Assembly (NCBI GenBank): GCA_040902005.1
Contig: JBBDYA010000019.1
Coordinates: forward strand, 1-43,894
DNA length: 43,894 nucleotides
Direction of reading: 5' to 3'
Source of the DNA: Gemmatimonadaceae bacterium
GTDB lineage: Bacteria; Gemmatimonadota; Gemmatimonadetes; Gemmatimonadales; Gemmatimonadaceae
Part shown: in pieces, positions 1 through 8,993 of the stretch
How positions within the stretch are numbered: position 1 is the stretch's first letter
Layout of the letters: every line of letters begins with the position of its first letter
Translations under genes and position numbers: made by a program
Notes under the pieces: generated by a model
The model's input: the letters and a program-made list of their open reading frames with translations, nothing else
Told to the model about the DNA's origin: nothing
Databases searched by the model: none

Positions 1-630
1 CAGAAAGGCGACCTCCTGGGCCAGCCGCTGTTCGTCGACCTGGATGCCGACCGCAAGCTCTGACACGGCCGTCCTGAGCCGATCGCGCTGCTCCACGAGC
101 CGGTGCGGTGCGCGCGCCGCCAGCCGGGCCGTTGCTGCCTCGATCAGCGCAACCCGCTCGGACAGATATTGCGCCAGCCGCGCACCCTCGGCCTCGCGGC
201 TGGCGGAGAGCGATGCTGCGGCGCGATTCACGATATCGACCAACTCGACAGCCGTGCCGGAGTCATCGTCCCTCTCGCTCGCAATGACGTCGGGGAGCCG
301 GAGAATAGTGTCAATGCCGAGTGACTCGGAGAGACCGTGGCGCAGTTGCAGCGCGGAGAGGCGCTGGACGTAGGCGGCAAAGCGATCCTCGTCGATCACG
401 GCTCCAGCCGCCGAGGACCCGCGATCCACTCGCGCGGTGAGCGTGACGTGGCCGCGGCCTATGGTGCGGCGCAGCGCTTCCCTCACCTCGGATTCCCAGC
501 GGGACAGCGCCGACGGCAGCTTGATGGACGGGTTGAAGAACCGGTGGTTGACCGACCGGATCTCGACGGCGACGCGGGCGCCCCCAACGGCGCCTTCGGC
601 GCTCCCGAAACCCGTCATGCTCCGAATCAT
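1..630 (-). CDS. yicC: YicC/YloC family endoribonuclease (3' end cut by window edge)
   Basis: Manual translation from the ATG at 630: MIRSMTGFGSAEG...VEIRSVNHRF...RGHV...DEQRLAQEVAFL, all YicC hallmarks. Missing from the ORF track because the stop lies outside the window. Confidence 0.93.
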   Translation of the reverse strand, partial: MIRSMTGFGSAEGAVGGARVAVEIRSVNHRFFNPSIKLPSALSRWESEVREALRRTIGRGHVTLTARVDRGSSAAGAVIDEDRFAAYVQRLSALQLRHGLSESLGIDTILRLPDVIASERDDDSGTAVELVDIVNRAAASLSASREAEGARLAQYLSERVALIEAATARLAARAPHRLVEQRDRLRTAVSELAVGIQVDEQRLAQEVAFL

Positions 631-642
631 GTGAGGGCGGCT

Positions 643-672
643 AAGCTATGGACTGACAATGAGATTTGTCAA
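643..672 (-). promoter_or_regulatory. Putative sigma70 promoter of yicC with overlapping inverted repeat
   Basis: Minus strand TTGACA-N18-TAGCTT, ending 12 nt before the ATG; TGACAA-N6-TTGTCA inverted repeat at 654-671. Confidence 0.6.
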
Positions 673-2546
673 TTCCAGAACTCCCAGCGAACTCCGTAGA
701 CGTTGATCAGCCGGGGCAGCTGATATCCCGGGATCTGCGCGTAACGCTCCCCGAGCGTGTTCCTGAAGTTCCAGAAGACTTCGGCGTTGATGATGCGAAC
801 CTGGAGCAGCGTGGACAGTGTGCGGTAGCCGGTCTGGCGTATGGCGCCGGACGTGTCCGGCCACCACATGGCGGACCGGTACTCGTGGACCACCGACGCA
901 AGCAAGTGGAAGTTGCCCGTCGGAAAGCGGTCGAGGAGTGACGTACTGATGTAGAGTTCGCTGCGCGCCTGATGCCGGGGCCGGTAGAAGGCGGCGGTGT
1001 CGTCCCACTGTATGCCGTGAATGTCGGCGTATACCGCCTTCCAGATCCGACCACGAATGGAAGCGAAGACCCCCTGCGCCGCGGAATCCATCACGGTCGC
1101 CGTGCCGCGCCGGAAGATCACGGGCGCATGAAGCTCTACCAGGTCGCGCCGCAGCACGCCCCCACTCAGCCAGAGATCGCGAAGGCGCAATCCCGCCTCG
1201 CCGCGGGTGAACATGGGCGCCGGCACCGAGTCCCGGAGCATGTGACGTTCGGTCCCGGCGGCGGCGGCAAGAAAGAGGAAGCTCACCGGTCGCGTCACGG
1301 CGCTGACGTCCAGTCGGCGCGTGGAGTCCAGTGAGCGTCCTTCGGCGAACGCGGACACCGTCAGCCATCGGGTGTCCAGGGAGGCGCGCGCGGCAGGCGT
1401 GGCCACGCTGCGATTCGATCCCACGATCAACCGTTGCGTGAGGCTGGCGCGCACCGGTCCCAGTCCGTACCCCCCCGTCAGCAAGTATTGCGATCGAAAC
1501 CGCGTGGTGTCCTCGGCGGTGGTTCCCGCACCCGGGCCGCTGGTGAGCCGGCTCTCGCCGCCGAATGTGTGTTTGGACGCATGGGCGAGTCCCTGCACCC
1601 ACGCACCCGCATCCGGTGATCCCCAGCCGACACGCACGTACGCATCGGAGCGCGTGCTTTCCGTGCGCGGCACCGTGTCGGGGGACGCGTCACTCAGCGC
1701 ACGCCCGCGGTTCCGATCCTGCCGCAGGATGAAGGCGTCGGTGCTCCAGCCATGCGCGGCCCAGCCCACGCGGCCGATCACGCCAAGCTGGTCGCTGCTC
1801 TCCGCGGCTCTGCCCGGCGAGGTGCCGAAGTGCTGCCCCGCGAACTGGAGCGCCCCACCGTGCTGGTAACGCCTGCCGAAGAGCCCGCGATACAGGTTCG
1901 TGGACTGGTCGCCGGTGTAGATGTCGGTTCGCGAGACGGGCGTGGTGCGGTCAACTCGCCAGCTTCTCATGTAGATACGGATCTCTGCCGCGCCGCGCTC
2001 GACGCGTATATCGTCCAGCGCCCAGAGCGGAACCTGCGTGAGATCCCAGATGCCCCGCATGCGCGGGTCCAGGTCCGTGAGCTCGAGTCCGTCCAGGAAC
2101 ACCCGGACGCGTCCCGGATCGCCAAGAAATGACGAGACCATCGGTTGGGCGATCCACCCGGAGCGCAAGCCGGTCACGCCCGGAATCCGGTCCAGGAGAT
2201 CCTGCACCGTGAGCGCCCCCGTCGCGAACACGTCCTTCCGGTCCCAGATCAGGCTCCCACCGGGATCGGCAAAGGTGGGCGCTTCGGCGAATGCCAGGGG
2301 GTGCTTGATGGTATCGCGCGGCTGGGCGGCGGCGCGCGCCGAGTCGCGCGCGAGAATCTCGTCGCGGTGCAGGAGCGAGTCGGCTCGTGCCGGAACGGGG
2401 ACGCGCACGCCGAGCGTCGTATCGCGCTTCACGGAAGTGTCGCGGGCGAGAATGGTATCCATTCGGCCCCGGAGCGTATCCGTTCGTGTTCGGGACGTAT
2501 CGCGCTGCTGTGCGTGGGCTGCGGTGTGCAAAACGGCCCCGGCCAT
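669..2546 (-). CDS. TonB-dependent-receptor-like outer membrane protein with plug domain
   Basis: Signal-like ...TAAHA/QQ; plug motifs DLLDRIPGV, VFLDG, DDIRVERG; C-terminal beta-signal YGVRWEFWN. Start uncertain (2546 or about 2594). Confidence 0.75.
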   Translation of the reverse strand: MAGAVLHTAAHAQQRDTSRTRTDTLRGRMDTILARDTSVKRDTTLGVRVPVPARADSLLHRDEILARDSARAAAQPRDTIKHPLAFAEAPTFADPGGSLIWDRKDVFATGALTVQDLLDRIPGVTGLRSGWIAQPMVSSFLGDPGRVRVFLDGLELTDLDPRMRGIWDLTQVPLWALDDIRVERGAAEIRIYMRSWRVDRTTPVSRTDIYTGDQSTNLYRGLFGRRYQHGGALQFAGQHFGTSPGRAAESSDQLGVIGRVGWAAHGWSTDAFILRQDRNRGRALSDASPDTVPRTESTRSDAYVRVGWGSPDAGAWVQGLAHASKHTFGGESRLTSGPGAGTTAEDTTRFRSQYLLTGGYGLGPVRASLTQRLIVGSNRSVATPAARASLDTRWLTVSAFAEGRSLDSTRRLDVSAVTRPVSFLFLAAAAGTERHMLRDSVPAPMFTRGEAGLRLRDLWLSGGVLRRDLVELHAPVIFRRGTATVMDSAAQGVFASIRGRIWKAVYADIHGIQWDDTAAFYRPRHQARSELYISTSLLDRFPTGNFHLLASVVHEYRSAMWWPDTSGAIRQTGYRTLSTLLQVRIINAEVFWNFRNTLGERYAQIPGYQLPRLINVYGVRWEFWN

Positions 2547-2590
2547 CAGGCCGAGGCCGAGGCGACGAACGCCGGCGACAAGCCCGCCGA

Positions 2591-4060
2591 TCAGCGTGCC
2601 CGCCCCCGGACGAATTCCACGAACATGCCCACCGGCACTCCCGTGGGCCCGGCCGGAAGGGTGCCGAGGTCCGTTTCGCTGTACGAGGTGCCCGCAATGT
2701 CGAGATGCACCCATGGGTAGCCGTCGACGAACTCCTTCAGGAAGAGCGCTGCGGTGATCGTTCCGGCCGCCCGCCCGCCCGAATTCTTGACATCCGCGAT
2801 GTCCGACTTGATGAGGGGCTTGTAATCGTCCCAGAGCGGGAGCGGCCACCCGGGTTCCGATGCCCGCTTGCCTGCGTCGAGCACTTCCTGGACCAGCGCG
2901 TCGTCGTTCCCCATGACGGCCGTGGCCGTGTGGCCCAGCGCGATGACGCACGCGCCCGTGAGGGTCGCGGCGTTGATGACCGCTGCGGGCGCATACCGCT
3001 TGGCATAGGCAAGCAGATCGGCGAGCACCAGGCGTCCTTCAGCATCCGTGTTGATGATTTCGATGGTCTTGCCATTGCTTGCGCGGACCACGTCACCCGG
3101 CTTGACCGCGGTGCCCGATACCATGTTCGTCGTGGAACCCACGAGGCCCACGACGTTCACTTTAAGGCCCAGGCGGCCGATGGCGTCCATCGCCCCGAGT
3201 ACGCCGCCTGCGCCGCTCATGTCGAATTTCATGAGCTCCATCCCCTGCGCCGGCTTGATGGAAATGCCGCCGGTGTCGAAACAGAGCCCCTTGCCCACGA
3301 GAACAACCGGCGGCGTGTCGCCGCCCTTGCGGTGCTCCAGCGCAATGAGCCGCGGTTCCTGCGGTGTGCCCTGCGCAACGCACAGGAAGGAGCCCATCCC
3401 CTCAGTCTCCATCTCCGCTCGTCCCAGCACGGTGACCTGCATGCCGTGCCTGGCGGCAATCTCGCGCGCGGTGTCGGCGAGGTAGTCGGGGGTGCACACG
3501 TTGCCGGGCAGCATGCCGAGCCGGCGCGCGAGCGTTTGTCCTTCGCCGATGGCAAGGCCGTGGCCGATGCCGTCGGTCATGGCGGTCGTGCCAGCGCCGA
3601 GCACGATGAGCTCCGTGAGCGGCAGCCGCCGCTCGTCTTCCGGCGGCGGCGTCTGGAGTTCCTTCAGCTCCCAGGATCCGGCGATCGCGCCGACCACGAT
3701 CGCCTCCACTTCGTCTGCTGAGACGTCCCCGGCGAATATCGCCAGGCGTCCGAAGCCGGACTGGTGGGCCCGGCGCGCGGCGATGGCGGCGGCGCGGCGA
3801 AGTGCGGCGCGGCGATCGGTCACCGTGCCCATGCCCACCAGCAGCAGCCGCTCGACGCCGCCCTCGGTCCCGAGGAGATGCATCGTTTCGTCGCGGATGC
3901 CCCGGAAGTCGCGCCGGGCCGTCACACGCCGGATCGCGGCGCCCAGGGTCTCGTCCAGGGACGCGAGCGCAGGCGCGTCCGCGCCCTGCGCCAGCAGCAC
4001 GGCGAGGCCGGGCGCCTTGAGGGATCCAACGTTCGACGGTCCTGCGGAGATCTTCAGCAT
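2591..4060 (-). CDS. pepA: M17 leucyl aminopeptidase
   Basis: VGKGLCFDTGG, MKFDMSG, NTDAEGRL, ATLTGA, HLDIAG motifs. Confidence 0.96.
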   Translation of the reverse strand: MLKISAGPSNVGSLKAPGLAVLLAQGADAPALASLDETLGAAIRRVTARRDFRGIRDETMHLLGTEGGVERLLLVGMGTVTDRRAALRRAAAIAARRAHQSGFGRLAIFAGDVSADEVEAIVVGAIAGSWELKELQTPPPEDERRLPLTELIVLGAGTTAMTDGIGHGLAIGEGQTLARRLGMLPGNVCTPDYLADTAREIAARHGMQVTVLGRAEMETEGMGSFLCVAQGTPQEPRLIALEHRKGGDTPPVVLVGKGLCFDTGGISIKPAQGMELMKFDMSGAGGVLGAMDAIGRLGLKVNVVGLVGSTTNMVSGTAVKPGDVVRASNGKTIEIINTDAEGRLVLADLLAYAKRYAPAAVINAATLTGACVIALGHTATAVMGNDDALVQEVLDAGKRASEPGWPLPLWDDYKPLIKSDIADVKNSGGRAAGTITAALFLKEFVDGYPWVHLDIAGTSYSETDLGTLPAGPTGVPVGMFVEFVRGRAR

Positions 4061-4075
4061 CGTGTGTCTTTCGAT

Positions 4076-5323
4076 TTACGCCGACATGCCCTTGATGATC
4101 TGGTCGGCAAAGGCGGAGGTGGACACCTCCGTGGCGCCAGGCATCTGACGTGCCAGGTCGTATGTCACCCGCTTCGATTTGATGGCGTTCTCGAGACCGC
4201 GAACGATCAGGCGCCCTACGTCGTCCCAACCCATGTATTCAAACATCATCACGCCTGATAGAATCACGCTACCCGGGTTGATCCTGTCGAGGTTGGCATA
4301 CTTTGGCGCGGTGCCGTGTGTGGCCTCAAAGACCGCCAGGCCGTCTCCGACGTTTCCGCCCGGGGCGATGCCCAGCCCTCCCACCTGCGCCGCGGCCGCG
4401 TCGGAGATGTAGTCGCCATTGAGGTTCGGCGTCGCGATCACGGAATACTCGTCGGGACGCAGGAGCAACTGCTGGAACATGGCATCGGCAATCCGGTCCT
4501 TCAGGATGACCGCGTCCGCCCGGGCGGCGCCGCCGGCCTTGGCCAGGTCCGCCTCCGTGCAGACGCTGTCACCGAACTTCTCGCGCGCGACGTCGTAGCC
4601 CCAGTCACGGAAGCCGCCTTCGGTGAACTTCATGATGTTTCCTTTGTGCACCAGCGTCACCGACGGCAGGTTGTTCTTCAACGCGTAGCGGATCGCCATC
4701 TCGACGAGGCGTTTGGATCCGAAGGCCGACATGGGCTTCACGCCCAGCGCGGAGTGCTCCCGGATGTCCCTGCCCAGTTCGCGCTTGATGAAATCCCGAA
4801 GCTTGTTCGCCTCGGGCGATCCGGCCGCCCATTCGATGCCCGCGTAGACGTCCTCCGTGTTTTCGCGGAAGATGACGACGTTGAGTTTCTCGGGTTCCTT
4901 CATGGGGTTGCCCACGCCCTCGAAGTAGCGCACCGGCCGGATGCAGGCGTAGAGATCGAGCACCTGGCGCAGCGTCACGTTCAGGGACCGGATGCCCCCG
5001 CCCACGGGCGTCGTCAGCGGTCCCTTGATGGACACGCGAAACTCCTGGAGGGCGTCCACCGTTTCCTGCGGCAGCCAGTCGCCGTGGGACTTGAACGCCT
5101 TCTCGCCGGCGAACACCTCCATCCAGTGCACCCGCCGTTCGTCGCCGTAGCATTTATCCACGGCCGCGTCGAACACCTTCACCGATGCCCGCCAGATGTC
5201 CGGGCCTGTCCCGTCGCCCTCGATGTAGGGAACGATCGGATTCCCGGGAACGCGCAGCGCACCCTTGTCGAACACGATGCGCTCACCGCCAGGGGGAATC
5301 GACGCCAGTTTGTATGAGGGCAT
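4076..5323 (-). CDS. icd: NADP-dependent isocitrate dehydrogenase
   Basis: [58 protein letters not shown]. Confidence 0.97.
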   Translation of the reverse strand: MPSYKLASIPPGGERIVFDKGALRVPGNPIVPYIEGDGTGPDIWRASVKVFDAAVDKCYGDERRVHWMEVFAGEKAFKSHGDWLPQETVDALQEFRVSIKGPLTTPVGGGIRSLNVTLRQVLDLYACIRPVRYFEGVGNPMKEPEKLNVVIFRENTEDVYAGIEWAAGSPEANKLRDFIKRELGRDIREHSALGVKPMSAFGSKRLVEMAIRYALKNNLPSVTLVHKGNIMKFTEGGFRDWGYDVAREKFGDSVCTEADLAKAGGAARADAVILKDRIADAMFQQLLLRPDEYSVIATPNLNGDYISDAAAAQVGGLGIAPGGNVGDGLAVFEATHGTAPKYANLDRINPGSVILSGVMMFEYMGWDDVGRLIVRGLENAIKSKRVTYDLARQMPGATEVSTSAFADQIIKGMSA

Positions 5324-5362
5324 TCAGCGAGTGATGGGACGGAGGAGGCGCTGCGGAAGCGA

Positions 5363-5446
5363 TGCCCAGGACGAGACTCGAACTCGTAAGGCCGTGAGGC
5401 CGGGGGATTTTGAGTCCCCTGCGTCTACCAATTCCGCCACCCAGGC
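5363..5446 (-). tRNA. tRNA-Leu(CAA), class II, CCA not encoded
   Basis: Reverse complement GCCTGGGTGGCGGAATTGGTAGACGCAGGGGACTCAAAATCCCCCGGCCTCACGGCCTTACGAGTTCGAGTCTCGTCCTGGGCA: D-loop, CT-CAA-AA anticodon loop, long variable arm, GTTCGA T-loop. Confidence 0.95.
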
Positions 5447-5514
5447 TGTCGCGCACCAATCTAGCGCAAAGCGCGGCCCCAGCTACCGCGCGGGCTGCGT
5501 CCCGGTCAGCGATC

Positions 5515-5997
5515 CTATCGCGGTCGACCCCGCTGCTGTTCCACGCGCCGCCGCACCTGCTCCTGAAGGGCCATGAACTTGGCGCGCTGGAGCGGCGACA
5601 TGAACGCCGCGAGCTCGCGCTGCTCTGCCTCGTTCAGGCGCACGCGGCGCAGCTGGATGTCGACGAGTTGCTGCAAGGCAGACTCGATCCGTGCGGAGTC
5701 GGCGCCTGCCGTACCGCGAATGAACTGTTGCAGGCTGATCCGGGTGGAGCGTTCCTCGTTCTGCAACGTTCGACGGTCCCGCGCGAACCGCTCGGTGACG
5801 GTACTCAGCCGGGTCATCTGGGCATCCGTGAGGCCAACTTGCTGCCGTACTGCCCTGGCAAACCCGCGGCGCACGTCGGCCTCGAGTTGCGCGCGGTTCT
5901 GCTGGCCGGTCGCGCCGCGGTCACCGCGTTGCGCGAGCGCCACGCCTGGCGCGGCCCCGAGGAGCAGGAGGGCCAGCACTGGCACCCGGCGCCTCAT
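5515..5997 (-). CDS. Spy/CpxP-like periplasmic helical protein
   Basis: Signal peptide ending VALA/Q; LTXXQ-type motifs LTDAQ and MSPLQ; third gene of the ECF triad. Confidence 0.7.
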   Translation of the reverse strand: MRRRVPVLALLLLGAAPGVALAQRGDRGATGQQNRAQLEADVRRGFARAVRQQVGLTDAQMTRLSTVTERFARDRRTLQNEERSTRISLQQFIRGTAGADSARIESALQQLVDIQLRRVRLNEAEQRELAAFMSPLQRAKFMALQEQVRRRVEQQRGRPR

Positions 5998-6506
5998 GCT
6001 CCGCCCTGCCCGACCGACGGGACATCCACCACGTCGGTCTCGGCGGACGTCACCGCTTCGATTTCCGCGATCTCCCGCGCCAGGCCACGCAGGTCGCTGT
6101 CGGAGAGATCGCTGAGATTCTCGCCAATGGCGAGTTCTTCGGGGCGCGGCGTTGGGGCCAGCGCGACGACCGTGTCGCCTGCGATCCGGTCGTCGCGGTC
6201 ATAGCCGATGGCGATGCCCCCCGCCACCACGAGCACCGCCGCGGCCACGCGGAGTTGCGGGGACCGGCTGATTCGGGTCCAGCGGGACGGGCGCCGATAG
6301 GCGGGGAGCGCCGCAACGATGCGCGCCGCGTTCACTCCCGGTGACGGCGAGGCGGCCCGCACGTCGCGCAGCAGCGCAAGTTCCCGCGCGCACGCCTCGC
6401 AGCGCGCAACGTGCGTGCGCGCTTCGGCGAGTGCCGGATCGGTTGCCCGACCATGGAGCAGATCGGGCAGCCGGTCCCGCATGGCGGCATTCGGACAATC
6501 ACGCAT
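5994..6506 (-). CDS. Zinc-binding (HxxxCxxC) membrane anti-sigma factor
   Basis: HVARCEAC motif, one TM helix (VAAAVLVVAGGIAIGY), overlaps the ECF sigma stop. Confidence 0.85.
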   Translation of the reverse strand: MRDCPNAAMRDRLPDLLHGRATDPALAEARTHVARCEACARELALLRDVRAASPSPGVNAARIVAALPAYRRPSRWTRISRSPQLRVAAAVLVVAGGIAIGYDRDDRIAGDTVVALAPTPRPEELAIGENLSDLSDSDLRGLAREIAEIEAVTSAETDVVDVPSVGQGGA

Positions 6507-7065
6507 CGAGCAACTCCTTGATGGCGCGCATCGCGTTGTGGTAATGCACGCGCGCGGCCCCCTCCGTTGTGTCCACCGCCTGGGCGATTTCCCGGTAGGA
6601 CAGTCCTTCGTTCACCCGCAGCACGAACACTTCGCGCTGCGTCGGCGTCAGTTGCGACATCGCATCACGCACCCGGGCCGCTGCTTCGCGGGCCAGGAGA
6701 TCGTCCAGGGCGTCGAACTCCGTCGCCGCCGCGTCATCGGTAATCTCCGACTCCCTGGGCCGTCGGCGTTCCGCGCGCCGCCGGTCCAGCATGAGGCGGC
6801 GCTCGATCGAGATCAGCCATGTCCTAAAGGAGCTCTCCCCCCGAAAGCCGTCCAGTGAGCCGAATGCCCGCACGAACGTATCCTGCACCAGTTCCTCGAT
6901 GTCCGCGTGTGACAGCCCCGCTCCCCAGTTGCTGGCGGCGAAGCGCGCCAGCGCGTCCGCGTGACGCCCGACAAGCGCCGCCGCCGCGCGTTGATCGCCG
7001 GCTTTCCATCGCGAGATGAGCTCCGGGTCCGAGGGTTCATCGCCATGCTGGCCTGGATCAGACAT
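6499..7065 (-). CDS. ECF RNA polymerase sigma factor
   Basis: Region 2 EELVQDTFVRAF...SSFRTWL; region 4 LSYREIA...GAARVHYHNA. Confidence 0.93.
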   Translation of the reverse strand: MSDPGQHGDEPSDPELISRWKAGDQRAAAALVGRHADALARFAASNWGAGLSHADIEELVQDTFVRAFGSLDGFRGESSFRTWLISIERRLMLDRRRAERRRPRESEITDDAAATEFDALDDLLAREAAARVRDAMSQLTPTQREVFVLRVNEGLSYREIAQAVDTTEGAARVHYHNAMRAIKELLDA

Positions 7066-7077
7066 TCGTCCAATGAG

Positions 7078-7105
7078 TAGACGTCGGCCGCCCACCCATC
7101 GTTAA
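7078..7105 (-). promoter_or_regulatory. Putative ECF autoregulatory promoter
   Basis: Minus strand TTAAC-N17-CGTCTA, ending 12 nt upstream of the sigma ATG; fits the general AAC...CGT ECF pattern. Confidence 0.6.
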
Positions 7106-7155
7106 GGGGGGGACGGCGCTTGCCGCGGCAGCGGTGGCGGAATTATACACCGTGC

Positions 7156-7839
7156 ATGCCGAAGGCCCGTGCCCGCTTCGAGCGCGTGGCTCACCGTGGT
7201 GCTCCGCGCGAATTCGCCGAGAACACCCTGCCCGGCTTCGCGCGCGCTCTCGAGCTCGGCGCGGACGCGATCGAGCTGGACGTACACTGCTCGCTGGACG
7301 GCGTCGTCGTGGTACACCACGATCCGGTCGCGCGGGGGCTCGCGATCGCGGAGTCTCCGTGGGGCATCCTGGCGGCGATCGACCTTGGCGCGGGCGCGCG
7401 TATGCCCACGCTCGCGGCTGTTCTCGATGTCATTGGCAATGACGTCACGGCCTACATCGAACTCAAGGGACACGGTATTGAAGCGCCCGTGCTGGAGGTC
7501 GCCCTGGCGCGCGGTGGGCGCTTCGCGCTGCATTCGTTCGATCACTCGGCCATCGCGCGGGCCGCGGCACTGGATTCCGAAGTGCCACGCGGCATTCTGC
7601 TCGACAAGGGAATCGTGAACGCTCCGGCGCTCCTGCGGTCGGCCGTTGGGGACACGGGCGCCCGCGACGTGTGGCCGCACTGGAGCCTGGTAACGCCCCA
7701 GCTGATGCAGTCCGCGAGCGACGTGGGCGCCCGGATCATCGTGTGGACGGTGAACGCGCCGGAGTCCGCGCAGGCGCTGGTAGCGCTCGGCGTGGACGGC
7801 ATCTGTACCGACGACGTTCGGCTGCTCGCGAACCTCTAG
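7156..7839 (+). CDS. Glycerophosphodiester phosphodiesterase
   Basis: AHRG, ENT, ELDV, HHD, IELK, WTVN, DGICTD motifs. Confidence 0.92.
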   Translation: MPKARARFERVAHRGAPREFAENTLPGFARALELGADAIELDVHCSLDGVVVVHHDPVARGLAIAESPWGILAAIDLGAGARMPTLAAVLDVIGNDVTAYIELKGHGIEAPVLEVALARGGRFALHSFDHSAIARAAALDSEVPRGILLDKGIVNAPALLRSAVGDTGARDVWPHWSLVTPQLMQSASDVGARIIVWTVNAPESAQALVALGVDGICTDDVRLLANL

Positions 7840-7848
7840 CGGCGGAGG

Positions 7849-8193
7849 CTATTCGGGCGGCGAGGCCGGGGGCGTGTCCGCCGGCGGCGCATCGGCCGCC
7901 GGTTCGGCGCGTCGCGTTCCGGCCTCGCGAAGCAGCGTCTCGTAGCGCTCGACTTCGGCTTCGGCATTGGCGACTTCACCCGAGAGCCGCGCGTATTCGT
8001 CGGGCGGAATGTCGGCGCCCTGCGTGCCCGCCGCACGCGCGCGGTAGACGGCGTAGCCCAGCTTCTGCGCGGCGCGGTCCATCGCCTGTCGACTGCGAAG
8101 CAGGTCGAGGCGGAGTTTCCCTTCGTCCAGCGCCCCCTGGGCTGCGCGTCCCGCGCGGTTCAGCTCGTCCTTCAGCTTGTTCCACAGCGCCAT
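7849..8193 (-). CDS. Hypothetical coiled-coil protein
   Basis: MALWNKLKDELNRAGRAAQGALDEGKLRLDL...LGYAVY; GGAGG SD upstream of the ATG at 8193. Confidence 0.75.
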   Translation of the reverse strand: MALWNKLKDELNRAGRAAQGALDEGKLRLDLLRSRQAMDRAAQKLGYAVYRARAAGTQGADIPPDEYARLSGEVANAEAEVERYETLLREAGTRRAEPAADAPPADTPPASPPE

Positions 8194-8260
8194 GTGCGTT
8201 CCTCCCGGTTCTGCCTTCCGTACGCCGCGCCGGCGTCGAAAGTTGCGCCGGTCGCCCCAG

Positions 8261-8295
8261 AAATCAAAACGGCCCCTCGCCAAGGCAAGGGGCCG
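8261..8295 (-). terminator. Intrinsic terminator after rplU-rpmA
   Basis: Stem CGGCCCCT...AGGGGCCG (8270-8295) followed on the minus strand by TTTTGATTT. Confidence 0.75.
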
Positions 8296-8312
8296 CGTGT
8301 GTAATGCGAGCG

Positions 8313-8588
8313 CTACGCCGCGGTCGTGGCCCTGATCCTGGGCTCGACGCTGACTTTGTACTTCTTCTTGTTGTAGTGCTCGAACTTCACGACGCCATCC
8401 ACGAGCGAATAGATCGTGTAGTCCGTGCCCATCCCCACGTTGCGGCCGGGATGCCACTTGGTGCCGTCCTGGCGGATGATGATGTTGCCGGCGACGACCT
8501 TCTCGCCGCCGAACTTCTTCACGCCCTGGTACTTCGGATTCGAATCGCGGCCGTTCCGCGACGAGCCGACGCCCTTTTTATGTGCCAT
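8313..8588 (-). CDS. rpmA: 50S ribosomal protein bL27
   Basis: [16 protein letters not shown]...GNIIIRQ. Confidence 0.98.
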   Translation of the reverse strand: MAHKKGVGSSRNGRDSNPKYQGVKKFGGEKVVAGNIIIRQDGTKWHPGRNVGMGTDYTIYSLVDGVVKFEHYNKKKYKVSVEPRIRATTAA

Positions 8589-8597
8589 GACTGCCGC

Positions 8598-8915
8598 CTA
8601 GCCGAGATTGATGTCGTTGATCTTCACTTCGGTAAAGCCCTGCCGGTGTCCCTGCTTTTTCGCGTAGCCCTTCCGGCGCTTCATCTTGAAGACGATGATC
8701 TTGTCGCCCCGGCCATGCCGCACGATCTCACCGATGACTTTCGCCTTCGCGAGCTTCTGGTCCACCCCCTTCACGTCCTTGCCGTCGTTGCCGAGGAGGA
8801 CATCGGTGAACTCGATCTTGCCGCCGGGCTCACCCACCAGGGTGGGCAGGCGGTACTTCTTTCCCGGCTCGACCTTGAACTGACGGCCGCCCGTGCGAAT
8901 GATGGCGTAGGACAT
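8598..8915 (-). CDS. rplU: 50S ribosomal protein bL21
   Basis: [13 protein letters not shown]...[10 protein letters not shown]. Confidence 0.98.
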   Translation of the reverse strand: MSYAIIRTGGRQFKVEPGKKYRLPTLVGEPGGKIEFTDVLLGNDGKDVKGVDQKLAKAKVIGEIVRHGRGDKIIVFKMKRRKGYAKKQGHRQGFTEVKINDINLG

Positions 8916-8956
8916 CGGAGATATCAGGACTGAAAGCGATTGGCAGTAAGCCTTGA

Positions 8957-8985
8957 AACCTAGTCCGGGTTTTGCTGGCTGTCAA
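8957..8985 (-). promoter_or_regulatory. Putative sigma70 promoter of rplU-rpmA
   Basis: Minus strand TTGACA-N17-TAGGTT. Confidence 0.75.
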
Positions 8986-8993
8986 CGCGCATC

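Noticed and set aside
44..699. Plus-strand ORFs over yicC, and the many long antisense ORFs elsewhere (e.g. 16595-18334, 27964-30201, 35490-37508)
   Set aside because: Shadow ORFs of high-GC genes; the opposite strand carries recognisable proteins.
5363..5446. tRNA-Leu as an integration site
   Set aside because: No integrase and no duplicated tRNA 3' end seen; the flanks are core genes.
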